A stretch of DNA of 64,000 nucleotides, from positions 204,848,001 to 204,912,000 of the forward strand of contig NC_091475.1 in NCBI RefSeq assembly GCF_036971445.1, written 5' to 3'. How positions within the stretch are numbered: the stretch's first letter is position 1; the number at the start of each line of letters is the position of its first letter. Below the pieces are notes generated by a model. That model was not told where the DNA came from. It did no database searches and saw only the letters and a program-made list of their open reading frames with translations. Below, piece after piece: positions 49,418-60,816 of the stretch. The position numbers and the translations under genes were made by a program. This DNA comes from Narcine bancroftii (taxonomy: Eukaryota).

Positions 49418-51870
49418 ATCTTTCCATTTAAATAAAATGGCACTTCTGGCCGACAGCGTAGTGAAGGCTACAACCCGATGTGTAGAACTGGGAACTCGAC
49501 CCACCTCTCGAACTATAATTTCAAAGGTAGCCGTCAATGGATTAGGTTGCAATCTAATACTCAGTGTAATTGACAAAGCCTTGAAAATATCTGTCCAATA
49601 CTTCTCCAATGCAGAAAAGACCAAAACAAGTGTGGCCACTTGTGATGTACATCGATTACAAATAGGAGAACATTAGGAAAGATATGGGCCGATTTATCTT
49701 TTGACACATGAACCTAATGTATCACTTTAAACTGAATCAATGCCTCTCAGGCGCATAATGAAGAGGTGTTAACCATTCCAACAATCTTTTCCCAAAGTTC
49801 CTCTGGGGAAGTGACTGAAGTTCCAATTCCTAAGCTCCTCTAATTGTATCATTGGAGATTGATTGCAATTTGAACCCTCTTGGGAAGGATTCAAATGAAA
49901 AAGAGCATCAATAAATGTAATAGAGGAAATTTAAGTAATATCTTATTCAAAAAAAATCTGACTTGGAAATATCTAAAAAATGTGACAAAGGTATAATATA
50001 TTTGTCAGATATTGCATCAAAAGACATTAAACATCCATCTATAAACAGATCTGAAAAATAAACAATTCCTTTGCTTTTCCAAAAAGAAAAAGGTTGATCC
50101 ATTATAGACGATGGGAAAAAATAATTGAGATAAATAATACTTGATAAATTGAACATTTTTAAATTTAAAAAATTTGTGAAATTGAAACCAAATCCGTAAT
50201 GTATGTTGAAGAATTGGGCGAAAAGTACGTCTACTAATCTTAAAGTGTGAAAGGAAGAGCAGCTCCCAGTAAGGAAGGGAATGAATACGTCTGTACAGAT
50301 TTCAGTTCCAAATCTGTCCAAAGAGATCATAGAAACTGAAGACTAATTCCCCTCTTTCATTTGGAATTTGTTTTTTTTCAAACATCCAAAGATGTTTTTA
50401 AATGGCCAGTGTGTTCATGGAAATTTGTTTGTAAATGCAATGTGTGCAACTGAGAGCCCAATGCTCTTCAGAGAAGGAAGGATTGTATTTGTATGCTCCC
50501 ATCTTTTTTGTAAACATTCTTGTGGGTTTTCCTGATGTAGATACTGAGCTCCTGCATTTTTTTTTCAGATTTGTCAGAAAAATATACCCAGAAAATAATA
50601 GATCGAATATTAACTGCCCAATAATAACATCTAAGATTAGGTAAACCCAAACCATTGCCTTTCTTTAATTTCTACAAATAAAATTTACTCAACCTAGCAT
50701 TCTTATTATTCCATATATAGGAGGAAATTTTAGAGTCAATATGATCAAAAAATTATTTAGGAATAAAATTTTTTTAAATGTATACAAAAATTTGGGTAAA
50801 ATTATCATCTTGATAGCATTTATACAACCTATTAAAGTTATGGCCAATGGAGACCATCTAGAAAGTGTTTATTTTACATAGTCATCAAAGGGAGAAAATT
50901 AAATTTGTATAAATCTTTAAATTTTTAGTGATCTTAACCCCAAGATATGCAAAGTGTTATTTAACCATTCTAAAAGGAATATACTCATGGATAGGTATAT
51001 GCATATTCGTTGCAAATAGTTCACTCTTGTGGAGATTCAATTTTTGTCCTGAAAGATGAAAGAAATACTGAATTGGGAAAGGAAAGACAGCATTGAAGGA
51101 AGAGATTTCTCAGGATCTGAAAGATATACTAAACGTTCATCTGCATATAAAGATACCTCATAAATTATTAGTACCCTGAATATCATTGGAATCATGAAAT
51201 GCTATAGCTGAAGTTTCCAAGGCTAAATTAAATAATAAAGGACTTAATTGAACAACACTGTCTAGTACCATGAAATAGATTTAAAAAGAGGATTTTTGAT
51301 TATTAGTAATTACTGCAGCAACAAGAGCACAATGGATCAAATTAATCCATGAAATAAAACCAGGACCAAAATTGAATTTTTCCAAAACTTTGAGCAGGTA
51401 TTTCCATTCCACTCTATCAAAAGCTTTTTCTGCATCTAACGATATTATGCATTCCAGAATTTTAGTCGATGGAGAATAAATAATATTTAATAACCTGCGA
51501 ATATTAAAATGTGAATAATGATTCTTTATAAATCCTGTTTAGTCTATAGAAATTATCTGAGGAAGAATATTTTCCAATCTAAAAGTTAAAATCTTATAGA
51601 AAGGATTTTGGAATCAGCATTCAGCAATAATATTGGTCTATAGGAAGCACAAACTAAAGGGTCCTGATTTTTCTTAGGAATTAATGAAATTGATGCTTCA
51701 TAAAATGTCAATGGCAAAGTTCCAAGAGATACTGAATTGGCCTGGAGCTTTGCTTAAAGGGAAGAAATAGCTTTAAAAATTTTGATAATGAAAGTTGATA
51801 ATTAGAAGAAATTTAGGAATATTCAATTGTTGCAGGAATCGATCCATACTTATGGTATAATCAGGAAATT

Positions 51871-51874
51871 TATA

Positions 51875-51922
<48 letters not shown>

Positions 51923-51930
51923 TATATATA
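51871..51930. repeat. (TA)n microsatellite
   Basis: Dinucleotide run inside L1. Confidence 0.95.
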
Positions 51931-52199
51931 GGAACTTGTCTTTTAGCCATAGCTGCATTTAATAGTCTAGCTAATAATTTACCTGATTTATCTCCATGTA
52001 TATAAAATTTGCTTTTAGATTTAAACAATTGTCTCTCAATCAGATATGTTAACAATAAATCATATTGTGTTTGGAGTTCTTTCTTTATGGAGATCCATAT
52101 TAGGTTTCCTTGAGTATTCTCTATCAATTTCTTTAATTTTTTATTCAATAATAACAACTCTCCTTTCATACGTTTCCTTAACCCTGCTGAATTAGAAAT

Positions 52200-52500
52200 T
52201 ACTTGTCCTCACAGGTAAGCACTGTAGGGCATTCTTGAATCTCTTGCACTTTCGAATCATCAGGCAAAATACCATGTTGCGTAACTCGATGTCCCAAAAA
52301 TATGAGATCATCATCTCCAAAAACGCATCTACCGGGATTGATCACAAGGCCAAACTCATCGAACTTCTGAAACAATGAAATAAGGTGGCTCCTGAGCTCC
52401 TCTTCATCCACATTTGAGAACCAAAATATCATCGATGTAAACAAACACCAGTGAATAGGTAGTCCATGAATTGCTGGAATGTCTAAGCTGCATTCCACAG
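52200..52500 (-). pseudogene. Isolated Gypsy RT fragment with canonical YIDD (CsRn1-like)
   Basis: FVYIDDIL...HLISLFQKFDEFGLVINPGRCVFG...IFLGHRVT.HGILP. Confidence 0.75.
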
Positions 52501-53089
52501 ACCGAATGGCATTCTCAGAAACTCAAATGTGCTGAAAGGAATAATTACTGCCATCTTTACAGTAATGGCACTGACTAGCCACAACTTGAAAACAAATAAA
52601 GAATTCCCTCATTTCATTCAGCACACCATGAAGTTGACTTTATTTTATTGTTTGCTCGACACAACATTGCATTCTTCAACTCCCCAAACACCATTGAGCC
52701 AAACTCCTCTGACCTTCTCATTGGCTCACTGCCACATGGGTGATCCTGCCCTCACTTTCTTGCTCTGGACGAAAGTAAGTATGCAACCAGGACACCTTCT
52801 CTTCAGTAAATATCAATGTTAGTACCTCACTCGATTCCAAATATACATTCCCTCATTTGTCCTTGGATGGTGCCATTCTCTTGTTTTTTTAATGCAGGTA
52901 TATAAGGCTTTGGGATTCTCGTTAATCCTTTTAATCCTTGTTGTCAAAAAAATTTCATTGCCCCTTTTGGCCTTTCTAATGCTCGAGTTCTTTCCTATAA
53001 TCTTTATATTTCTCCTGGGCCCTGTCTGATTGTAGATTCCTAAACCTCAAACATGCCTCCTTTTCCTTTTCACCAAATTCTGGTCCAAA

Positions 53090-53805
53090 CCCATGGAGAG
53101 CAGGACAATGAGACACAGCAGTCCTCCACAAGGTTCTACCCATCCAGATCAACTACCGTCAGCTCCATACAGGCTTTAAGTGGCCTGTTAAAGAGACTGA
53201 TGGTCATTTATTTTAAAATCCTGCGGACACAGGGTCTAGGCACCTATAATCGGCAGCAGCCTGGAAGGTTTTCAGACTCCAGGAGAGCAGAGAGCATCAG
53301 AAAATGGGTAGGTCATCCCTGTCTGAGAAGAAGAAGCAGGGGAGATGACCATCAAGACAGTCAACACAGAGGTGGACCACTGAGGGCCTCTGTGACTGAA
53401 GTTGGTGGAGTGCTATTAGTCACTTGAGGAGAGTAATCCATGCAACTTGCATGCAGGTAGTGACTTCAGCCAAAGGCCTATACACCAGGCTGCAGACAGG
53501 CTCGAGACTGGCTGAAGGGGCTATCGGATATCGGAACAGGATGTGAGAGGGTGCCGAGGGTGCTGAAGGCTTCTTGATCATGGTCAGAGGTTCAGATCTG
53601 GAGCTTGGGTTGCCGGTGGTTTAGGCCGTGTGGCTGCAGAGACTATGGGAATGCTGAAGGTGAATCCATGGTCACTCAATTACTTTGAGGGGGATTCTTC
53701 AAGCTTCTCTCTCCCTGACTGTAAGCCACCTGTCAATTTCTGCTGATGGTAAATCTGTCTATTACACCTGATTTTATTACATAACCATAAAAGAATCTTG
53801 AATCT
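53090..53805 (+). mobile_element. Family B non-coding retroelement
   Basis: TTTTAAAATCCTGCGGAC...GGATATCGGAAC...AAAGAATCTTGAATCT. Confidence 0.6.
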
Positions 53806-56134
53806 GAGGTTCCCTTACGTGCAGTCCCTGTACTTCCTCCTCAATGGAATGCGCTGTCCTGGACTTTAATTATTGATCCCTAACAACCCCCACATATCAA
53901 ATAATAACTGCCCCCAATGAACTCCCCACCTCCTGCTGAATAATGTCATTATTTGCCCTCTCCCCCGTTTTGCTCCTTTCCGCCAATACCCAGGCTTTTT
54001 CATTTTTATTAATGACATGGATGAAGAAGTGAAGGAAGCTGGTCAATAAGTTTGCAGATGATACAAAGGTTGGAGGTGCGTGGATAATGTAAACGTTTGC
54101 CATGGGTTACCACAGGATATAGGCAGGATGTGGAGTTGGACACGTAGTGGAGGATGGACTTCAATCCAGAACAGTACGTTGTTCATGGCAGAATTCTTAA
54201 CAGTGTGGAGGAACTGAGAGATCTTGGGGTCTATGACAGTCGATATCAATGCCATCTGGTTGGAGGGCATTTCAATTAGATTGTTGTAGAGTAGGATTAC
54301 ATAGTTCAACTAGAACATTGTTAGTTGAAGAGCCTGTGATGTTCTATATTCCACGAACCTTACACATCCTGATTATTATTCCCAAAATGCTCTCCCACTG
54401 AAACTCCAATCACTCAGCTCATATGCCACTACAAGAGCTGATTCAGCCCCCTTCCCTGGTTGGTCTATCATCGTCAACACACAGAAATGCTGGAGGAACT
54501 CAGCAGGTCTCGCGGAATCCATATTACAGACGATTTGGGCCTGAGCCCTTCCTCAAGGTATGAGTGAAAAAAAAACGACTACAGTCACAGCACCTGCAGA
54601 CTTTTATCTTTCACTCCCTATCATCGAGCTGCTTCAAGGACCCCTTCTTGGATGCACTGCGGAAATTCTGCTTTCAGCTTATCATCTTTCTCTGAACTCC
54701 ACTTGCAGGCTCTGCCAGCTTAAATGGGATGTGGAAACAGGAGTGGGCCAATTCATTGGAAGGTTGGTATACCAGTGCAAATCTGTGCTGTGAACCCGGA
54801 GTGAGGAGCCTCATTCCCTCATACTTTAAGGGGATTCTGTCGCCGCTGGCAATGCTCTGTCCCATCTTGTGCCAGGCAGCAAGGCGTTGCAATAAGCCGG
54901 AGGCTGCTTTGCCCGAGCAAATTGTATCCCTTGCTGGAACCAAGATGAATGTTTGCCGCAGCAATCTTCTATGCCAGTGTTGTCTGTTTAATGTCTAGGT
55001 ATACCTCTGAGGTCATGTGTCTGCGAAGGAAGGAGAAATAATATACTAATCATTCTCTTCTGATGAGAGATGGAAACAGAATCAGGCTTATTGTCATGAA
55101 CAAGTGTCATGAAATGTGTTGTTTTACTGCGACAGGATCGTGCAGAGCGAGGTGCAAAAATTACTATAAATTACAATTTTGTAAATATGAGATTTAAAAA
55201 AATAAATAGTGCAAAAAGAGAATGGTGAAGTGGTTCCAGAGGTTCTGATAGAATCCATTTTTGTAATGCTGAATGTGTGTCTTCAGGCTCCTGCACCCAG
55301 GGCTGGAGTGCTTTCTTTTTAGGTGCCAGGGCTCCGCAGACACATTGGCAGGGGTGGCCAATGCATCAGAATAATTGCCGACAAGGAGGTCTCGTGAGAC
55401 CTAGCCTTGGTGGGACCATTTTGTATTTGGCGTTGTATAATTGAGATCAAAGGCCAGGACGAGGAAGGAGAACAGTGGTGGAAGAAACCGACTCCTTGTA
55501 CATCCAGAAGAGCACTCAGTGGTGGGAGGCGGTGGGGTGGGGGGGGCGGGTGGGGGTGCATGATGCCAACCCTGCCTTTATTTAATATGTGACTGCTGTT
55601 AAATTCCCCACTATTTAAAATTCCCGCTTGTTTAATTTGCATTTTTTGGAACAGAGGTGCCAGAGCACACCCGCCAGTACCTCCTCCCTGATGGTAGCAG
55701 TTTGAAAAAGGCGTGACCAGGGTGCTGAGGCTCCTTGATACCAGAATGAAGGGAAGGATTGCTGGCCATTTGAGGTTAGTAGAATTTATGTCTTGTTGGG
55801 TTGACGGAACATCAAATGCTTAAGCCATTGACACAACATGCTCATTGTCCATAACGGGCAATGTTTATCACTGACCAGTTTTCAATCTCACCCCTAAGCA
55901 TACTGAAAACCTTTTACAGTACCACATGGTGCTTATTGAATCAATTTGAATTGAATTGATTTGAATTCCACAGGTTCTTTGGCCAAATCAGTCTCGACGG
56001 ACAAAGCTCATCCCATTTCCTTGCACTCTGTCCATATTCTTCCATGTACCTGTCTAAATGCATGAGAAACATTGTAATTGTCCTCTCCTCGTTCAGAGAT
56101 TCATTTAAGGACGTATGTTCATTGTCCATGGCTG

Positions 56135-56530
56135 TGTAGCAGTCCGCCGAACGCACCACGCCCAAAGTGGTGACCTGACACCGCAAGCCCGCGGCTTCAC
56201 GGCCGGCTGAGACGGGATATGCACTTCGAAGTCGGCGCTCCACTCAGCAGCATACAGCTGCAATGCCCCACTCCAGTCGGCTGGCCAGCAGCAGCCCATC
56301 GAGTGGATCTAGGGAAGCCACCATGCCCGGGGATGATAGAGGCTCACTGATTGACCAATCCCAGGAAGCGGATGGTAATGCCACCAGTCGGGGGGCATGA
56401 TGACATCAGAGATTGGCTTCTGGGCCCTTTAGAAGCAGAGCTGCCAGGACAATAAATCAGTGTTGAATTCACTCCTGTAGTGTGTGTCTCTTCTTTGAAT
56501 GTAACCTCTTCAACCGTAGCAGCCACTACA
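56135..56530 (+). repeat. Solo LTR
   Basis: TGTAG...ACTACA, AATAAA, 4-bp TSD GCTG/ACTG, CpG-rich. Confidence 0.7.
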
Positions 56531-56769
56531 ACTGTATATTTATATCTACGTGCATTTGCACAGTCACTTTGCTTACGGTTCTTGATGAGAACAGTTTACA
56601 ATTACCTGGCCTGTATAAAAATGAATCTCAGGTATATACTCTGACAATAAACGTGAACTTTGGATTTTGAATTCTACTGCTTTCTCATGCAGCCTGTTCC
56701 ATAAACCCACCACCCTCTGTGAGACTAAGGGATTTTGGCACGTCACCCCTTGTCCCTCAATAATTTCTA

Positions 56770-57240
56770 CATTGAAAACAGACTTGCTGGATGCATCACA
56801 GTGTGGGACGGGAGCTGGTCTGCTCAAGATCAGAATAAACGACAGAAGGGGGTGAACGCAGCTCAGATCATCATACGAACTTATCTCCCCTCCATGGACA
56901 CCATCTACACCTCCCGCTGCCTAGGATACTGATGGACTTATCACACCCTGGACATTCTCTTTCCTCCCTCCTCGGGGAGAATTGCTAATATTGTAAAAGC
57001 ACACACCAAAAAGCTGACCAAATGGTGTTTTTTCCTCGCAGCCATCAGGCTCCTGAATGAACCCCACAGCTGTGCTCTCATGCTTGGTTCTCAATGATCT
57101 TTCTTGTCATTGCAATCCCATCTCTACTCTGGATTTGTGCTCCTTGTATGCCCGCATGGATATTGCATATAACCCATTCATTTGGCCACAGAAGAACTCT
57201 TCTCTCTGCATGAGATATTTCATGACAAGTGAACTTAGTG
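56770..57240 (+). mobile_element. Rex1/Babar-like 3' fragment
   Basis: FYIENRLAGCITVW.G...VNAAQIII...LPSMDTIYTSRCL. Confidence 0.7.
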
Positions 57241-57499
57241 GCAGCAAAACTTAGGGCGACATGGTCAACATAGTGATTAGCGCAACATTGTTACAGTGCC
57301 AGCTACTCCCATTAAAATCCAATGGTACCTGTAAAGAGTTTGTACATTCTCCCCATGACTGTGTGGGTGCTCCAGTTTCCTTCCATTTGGGTGGCACGGG
57401 CTGTTACCGTGTTGCACGCCTAAATATAAATATAAAATTTAAGATTGGTGCAGCCAATAGAACCTATGGGTCTGACCACTCAGTTTTGATCTAGACACT

Positions 57500-58680
57500 T
57501 ATGCTATCTATGTGGTCTGCATGAGTTTTCTCTATATTGGAGAAACTGGATGCACACTGGGAGATCGCTTCGCTGAGCACCTTCGCTCTGACCACATCAA
57601 GGACAGGGATCAGCAAACATTTCAATTCTGCGCCCTACTCTCACACCAACATCTCTGTCCATGGCTTCATGCACTTCAAAACGAAGAGCACCCATCAATT
57701 GGTGGGGTAACACCTAATATTCAGTCCAAGCACTCTCCAACTGGATGGCATTAACATCGACCTCCAGTTTCGGCGAGCCTATCCCCTATCATTCCGTATT
57801 CTTTCCTTCAGCTCTCCACCCCTTTCCCTCTCCATTCACAGAGCCAACCTCCTCCCCCAACTTCCCCTATTTGCTGTTGTGCCCTCTCTCTCTTAAGGTT
57901 GTCATAGCCAAAGGGTGGTGGTGGGGCCGAGCTCCCGCTGCTGCACAGATGCTCTTCATGACGTGCGTCTCAAACAGCCTCCGACAACCCAGTCCAACTC
58001 ACAGCCTTCGTTTGTGGCATAGTCCTTATGCCCGGTGGAGCTGTTCTCACTGACAGGAGAAAGGGCGAAAGTGGGCCACTGGTGCCTTGAAACCAGCTGC
58101 TCTTGGCAAATAAGGCTCAGTGACTAGTCGAGGAGATGCAAAACTCCGATTTCAAACCTCCGCTGCCTTGCGGCTGTGCCGACTCATGGGAAAAGCTTTG
58201 GGAGTAAACCCCGAGGAAAAATCCAGAGGCAGAGTCTAGAAGGCAGTTGACTGCTGTTCCCAGCACCGGCACGGCAACTCCTGCGATTCTGCTGGCACCA
58301 AACTGTATTGACCTTCGCCGTTCCTTTGGACCTGTTATTAGCATGGAGGGGGGTCCTACTGCATGGGCAACTGAAGGATCTCCATATCAACTCTGGCCTG
58401 TCTTGTGCCATGGAGAGAGCACTGGAGCTTCGCCTTAGGCCCAGTACCCATGATTGACCATGACCGACAGACATCACACGCCCCCCTTTCTTATCCACCT
58501 ATTACCTGTGGCCCTGCACCTCCTCCCTTACCCCTTCCCTTCCCTCCATTTTTATTCAGGTACTTGCCTACGTATTGTTCAGACCTTGCTGAAGGGCTCA
58601 GGCCCGAAATGTTGGTTATGTATCTTCACTTTGCGACATAAAATACTCTGCATGACCTGCTGACTTTCTCCAGGGTGTTT
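57500..58680 (+). mobile_element. Penelope-like GIY-YIG and 3' end, interrupted by an RTE-type insert
   Basis: LYIGETGCTLGDRFAEHLRS; hammerhead motif ACCTTGCTGAAGGGCTCAGGCCCGAAATGTTGGT at ~58583-58616. Confidence 0.8.
57896..58477 (+). mobile_element. Non-autonomous RTE-like element (5' UTR-derived)
   Basis: Non-coding ~580 bp insert with ~15-bp TSD (GCCCTCTCTCTCTTA / GCCCCCCTTTCTTA); AAAACTCCGATTTCAAACCTCCGCTGCCTTGCGG motif recalled from RTE leaders. Confidence 0.55.
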
Positions 58681-59346
58681 GCAGATATTTATGTTTAATT
58701 CTGGATGTGCTGGTTTCCTCTTACAAGCCAAAGCCGGGCAGGTGGGGAGGTTAATCAGCCACTGTAGATTCCCCCAAGGTGACAGGAAAATAGGGCTGAT
58801 AAAAGCCATGCACTATCACTGGTTCAATCCTGACCGCTGGAGGTGTCCAGGTACACACTTTCCCTGAGACTGGATTTCCTCAGACGGTGAAGTTTCCTCC
58901 CACTTCATAGACCTACGATATGTCAGTGGGTGATAGGATCTGGGAATGGAACCGGTGTAAAAATGTACCCATTGGTTGCTGTGGTCTGAATACTTGTCTC
59001 TTCATTATGTGGCTTCATAAATACAATCTTTTGGATGGGGAAAAAGTGCTCTCTCGGACGAGGTGAACTTCCCAGCACTACTGTTGGTGTGGAATCCTGT
59101 AGAGCTAGGAGAGAAGACAAAGCGCTCCTCCACAGAGATCTACCGCCCAGTCGACGACTGCTCTGTATTGGCTTTTACTGGTCTGCAAATTTTAAAATCG
59201 TGTGACTCCTGTGTCTGGGCCCAAGATGGGCATCTGTGTTCAGCAGAGCAGCCTCAAAGGATTTCCGATTCCGGGGAAGAAGGGCCCAGGAATCAGAGAG
59301 ACCACCCCTTTTCTTGAGAAGGAGAAGCAAAGGAGCCGAACCACAG

Positions 59347-59528
59347 TGCGGTAAACCCCTGTTATGCTCTGATTGGCTGCTGCCAGCTGGACACGCTGCC
59401 TGAGAACGATCCTACCCATAGCCCATTCCACACTGCCTTGATCAGCCAATGAGGTCGCTGGTTGTTTCAGTCCATAGTTAATAAAAGCCTATCAGTTTCA
59501 GTCTTTTGTGATTGTTGATGGCGCATCA
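59347..59528 (+). repeat. Solo LTR related to element 3
   Basis: TGCGGTAAACC...AATAAAAGCCT...TTTCAGTCTTTTG...ATGGCGCATCA; 5-bp TSD CACAG/CACTG. Confidence 0.75.
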
Positions 59529-59875
59529 CACTGGAAGGTGACCACGGCGGCAGGCCAGTGAGAGGCTCTCTGGCTGAAGACACACAGTTTGCTGGCGACT
59601 GGACGCCAAAAACTTCACACCTGTCTGCGGATCGCAGGAGACTGGCTCAAGAATGGCTGAAGGGGTACCAGGTATCGGAACCGGGGTGCAAGAGTGCTCT
59701 GACAGCATTGGAGTTGTCCTGATCATGTCGGAGGATCAGATCTGGGTCTTGGGTTGGCAATGGTTGGACAGAAGACTGTGGCGGGAGCGCTCGAGTTGAA
59801 TGCACGGAACATTTGGTCACCCTGGGAGGGACTTTCATTTGCTTCTCTTTCTCTGACAGTAAGACACCTGGTAAC

Positions 59876-60312
59876 AATCATACAACCATATAACAATTAC
59901 AGTATAGAAACAGGCCATCCCAGCCCCTCTTGTCTGCACCGATTTAAGTGAAACTCCTCTAGTCCCACCTACCCACTCCATAACCCTCCAATCCCCTCCC
60001 ATCCATGCACTCATCCAACCTTCTCTTAAATGACAAAATTGACCCTGCTGCAACCACCTCTTCCGGAAGGTCATTCTACCCAGCCACCACTCTCTGAGTG
60101 AAGAAGCTCCCCCTCATGTTACTTCTAAATTTTGCCGGCTGACCCTTAACTTATGACCCCCCGTTCCAATCTCTCCTACCCTCAAGGGGAAGAGCCCATT
60201 CACTATCACTATCTATCCCCCTCATAATTTTAAAATACCTCTATCAAATCCCCCCTCAACCTTCTACGCTCCAATGACTAAAGACCCAGTCTACTCAATC
60301 TTTCTTGTATCC
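59876..60312 (-). mobile_element. CR1 3' fragment
   Basis: Reverse of LGL*SLERRRLRGDLIEV and CR1 3' UTR. Confidence 0.75.
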
Positions 60313-60816
60313 TAAGATTCTTGGTGAATCTTTGTCTGCCTTTCAGTTGACTAAGCAAATTTCATGTAAAATTACATCTGTTTTATCACATGACCGTAGA
60401 GGAATCTTGAATGTTGATGAACAGCTACAATGTTCACCATGTTAGCCATGCTTCAGGAACCACCGCTGATGGTCTAATGGTGATTATCCAGGGTTCGTCG
60501 ACTAGTGACATGCAAATTGGCCGCTGTCATTAGAACTCTTGCAAGGCAAGCTCCGACTTTGAGTTAAGCCAGGTTGAGCAGTCATGTGAAACCAGATTAA
60601 AATGCAAATCTTTTTGTAAGTCACTGCTTGGATCCTGAACCAGACCACATGTGAGTCCAGGATTAGAGTAAGAGTGAAAGAGTATGAGAAAGGGTGCAAG
60701 TGAAAGAGGAATGGAGGGGGAGATAGGGAGCTCCCACGGCTCAATTGAAACCTAGAGTAAAATGTGTGATTGGAGTAAAAGCACAATGCTGGAGAAACTG
60801 AGCAGGTCTAACAGAG

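Larger units (their letters stand above)
48650..52170 (-). mobile_element. L1-clade LINE ORF2, 5'-truncated and decayed
   Basis: Minus strand: FYIHGDKSGKLLA, SLDAEKAFDRVEWKYL, FGPGFISWI, SLYADE, YLG.KIT, GLPNLR.YYWA, AILFKWK. Confidence 0.88.
59040..60413 (+). mobile_element. Family B element interrupted by a solo LTR and a CR1
   Basis: CTGGGCCCAAGATGG, GGTACCAGGTATCGGAACC, tail GAGGAATCTTGAAT after the CR1 insert. Confidence 0.6.
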
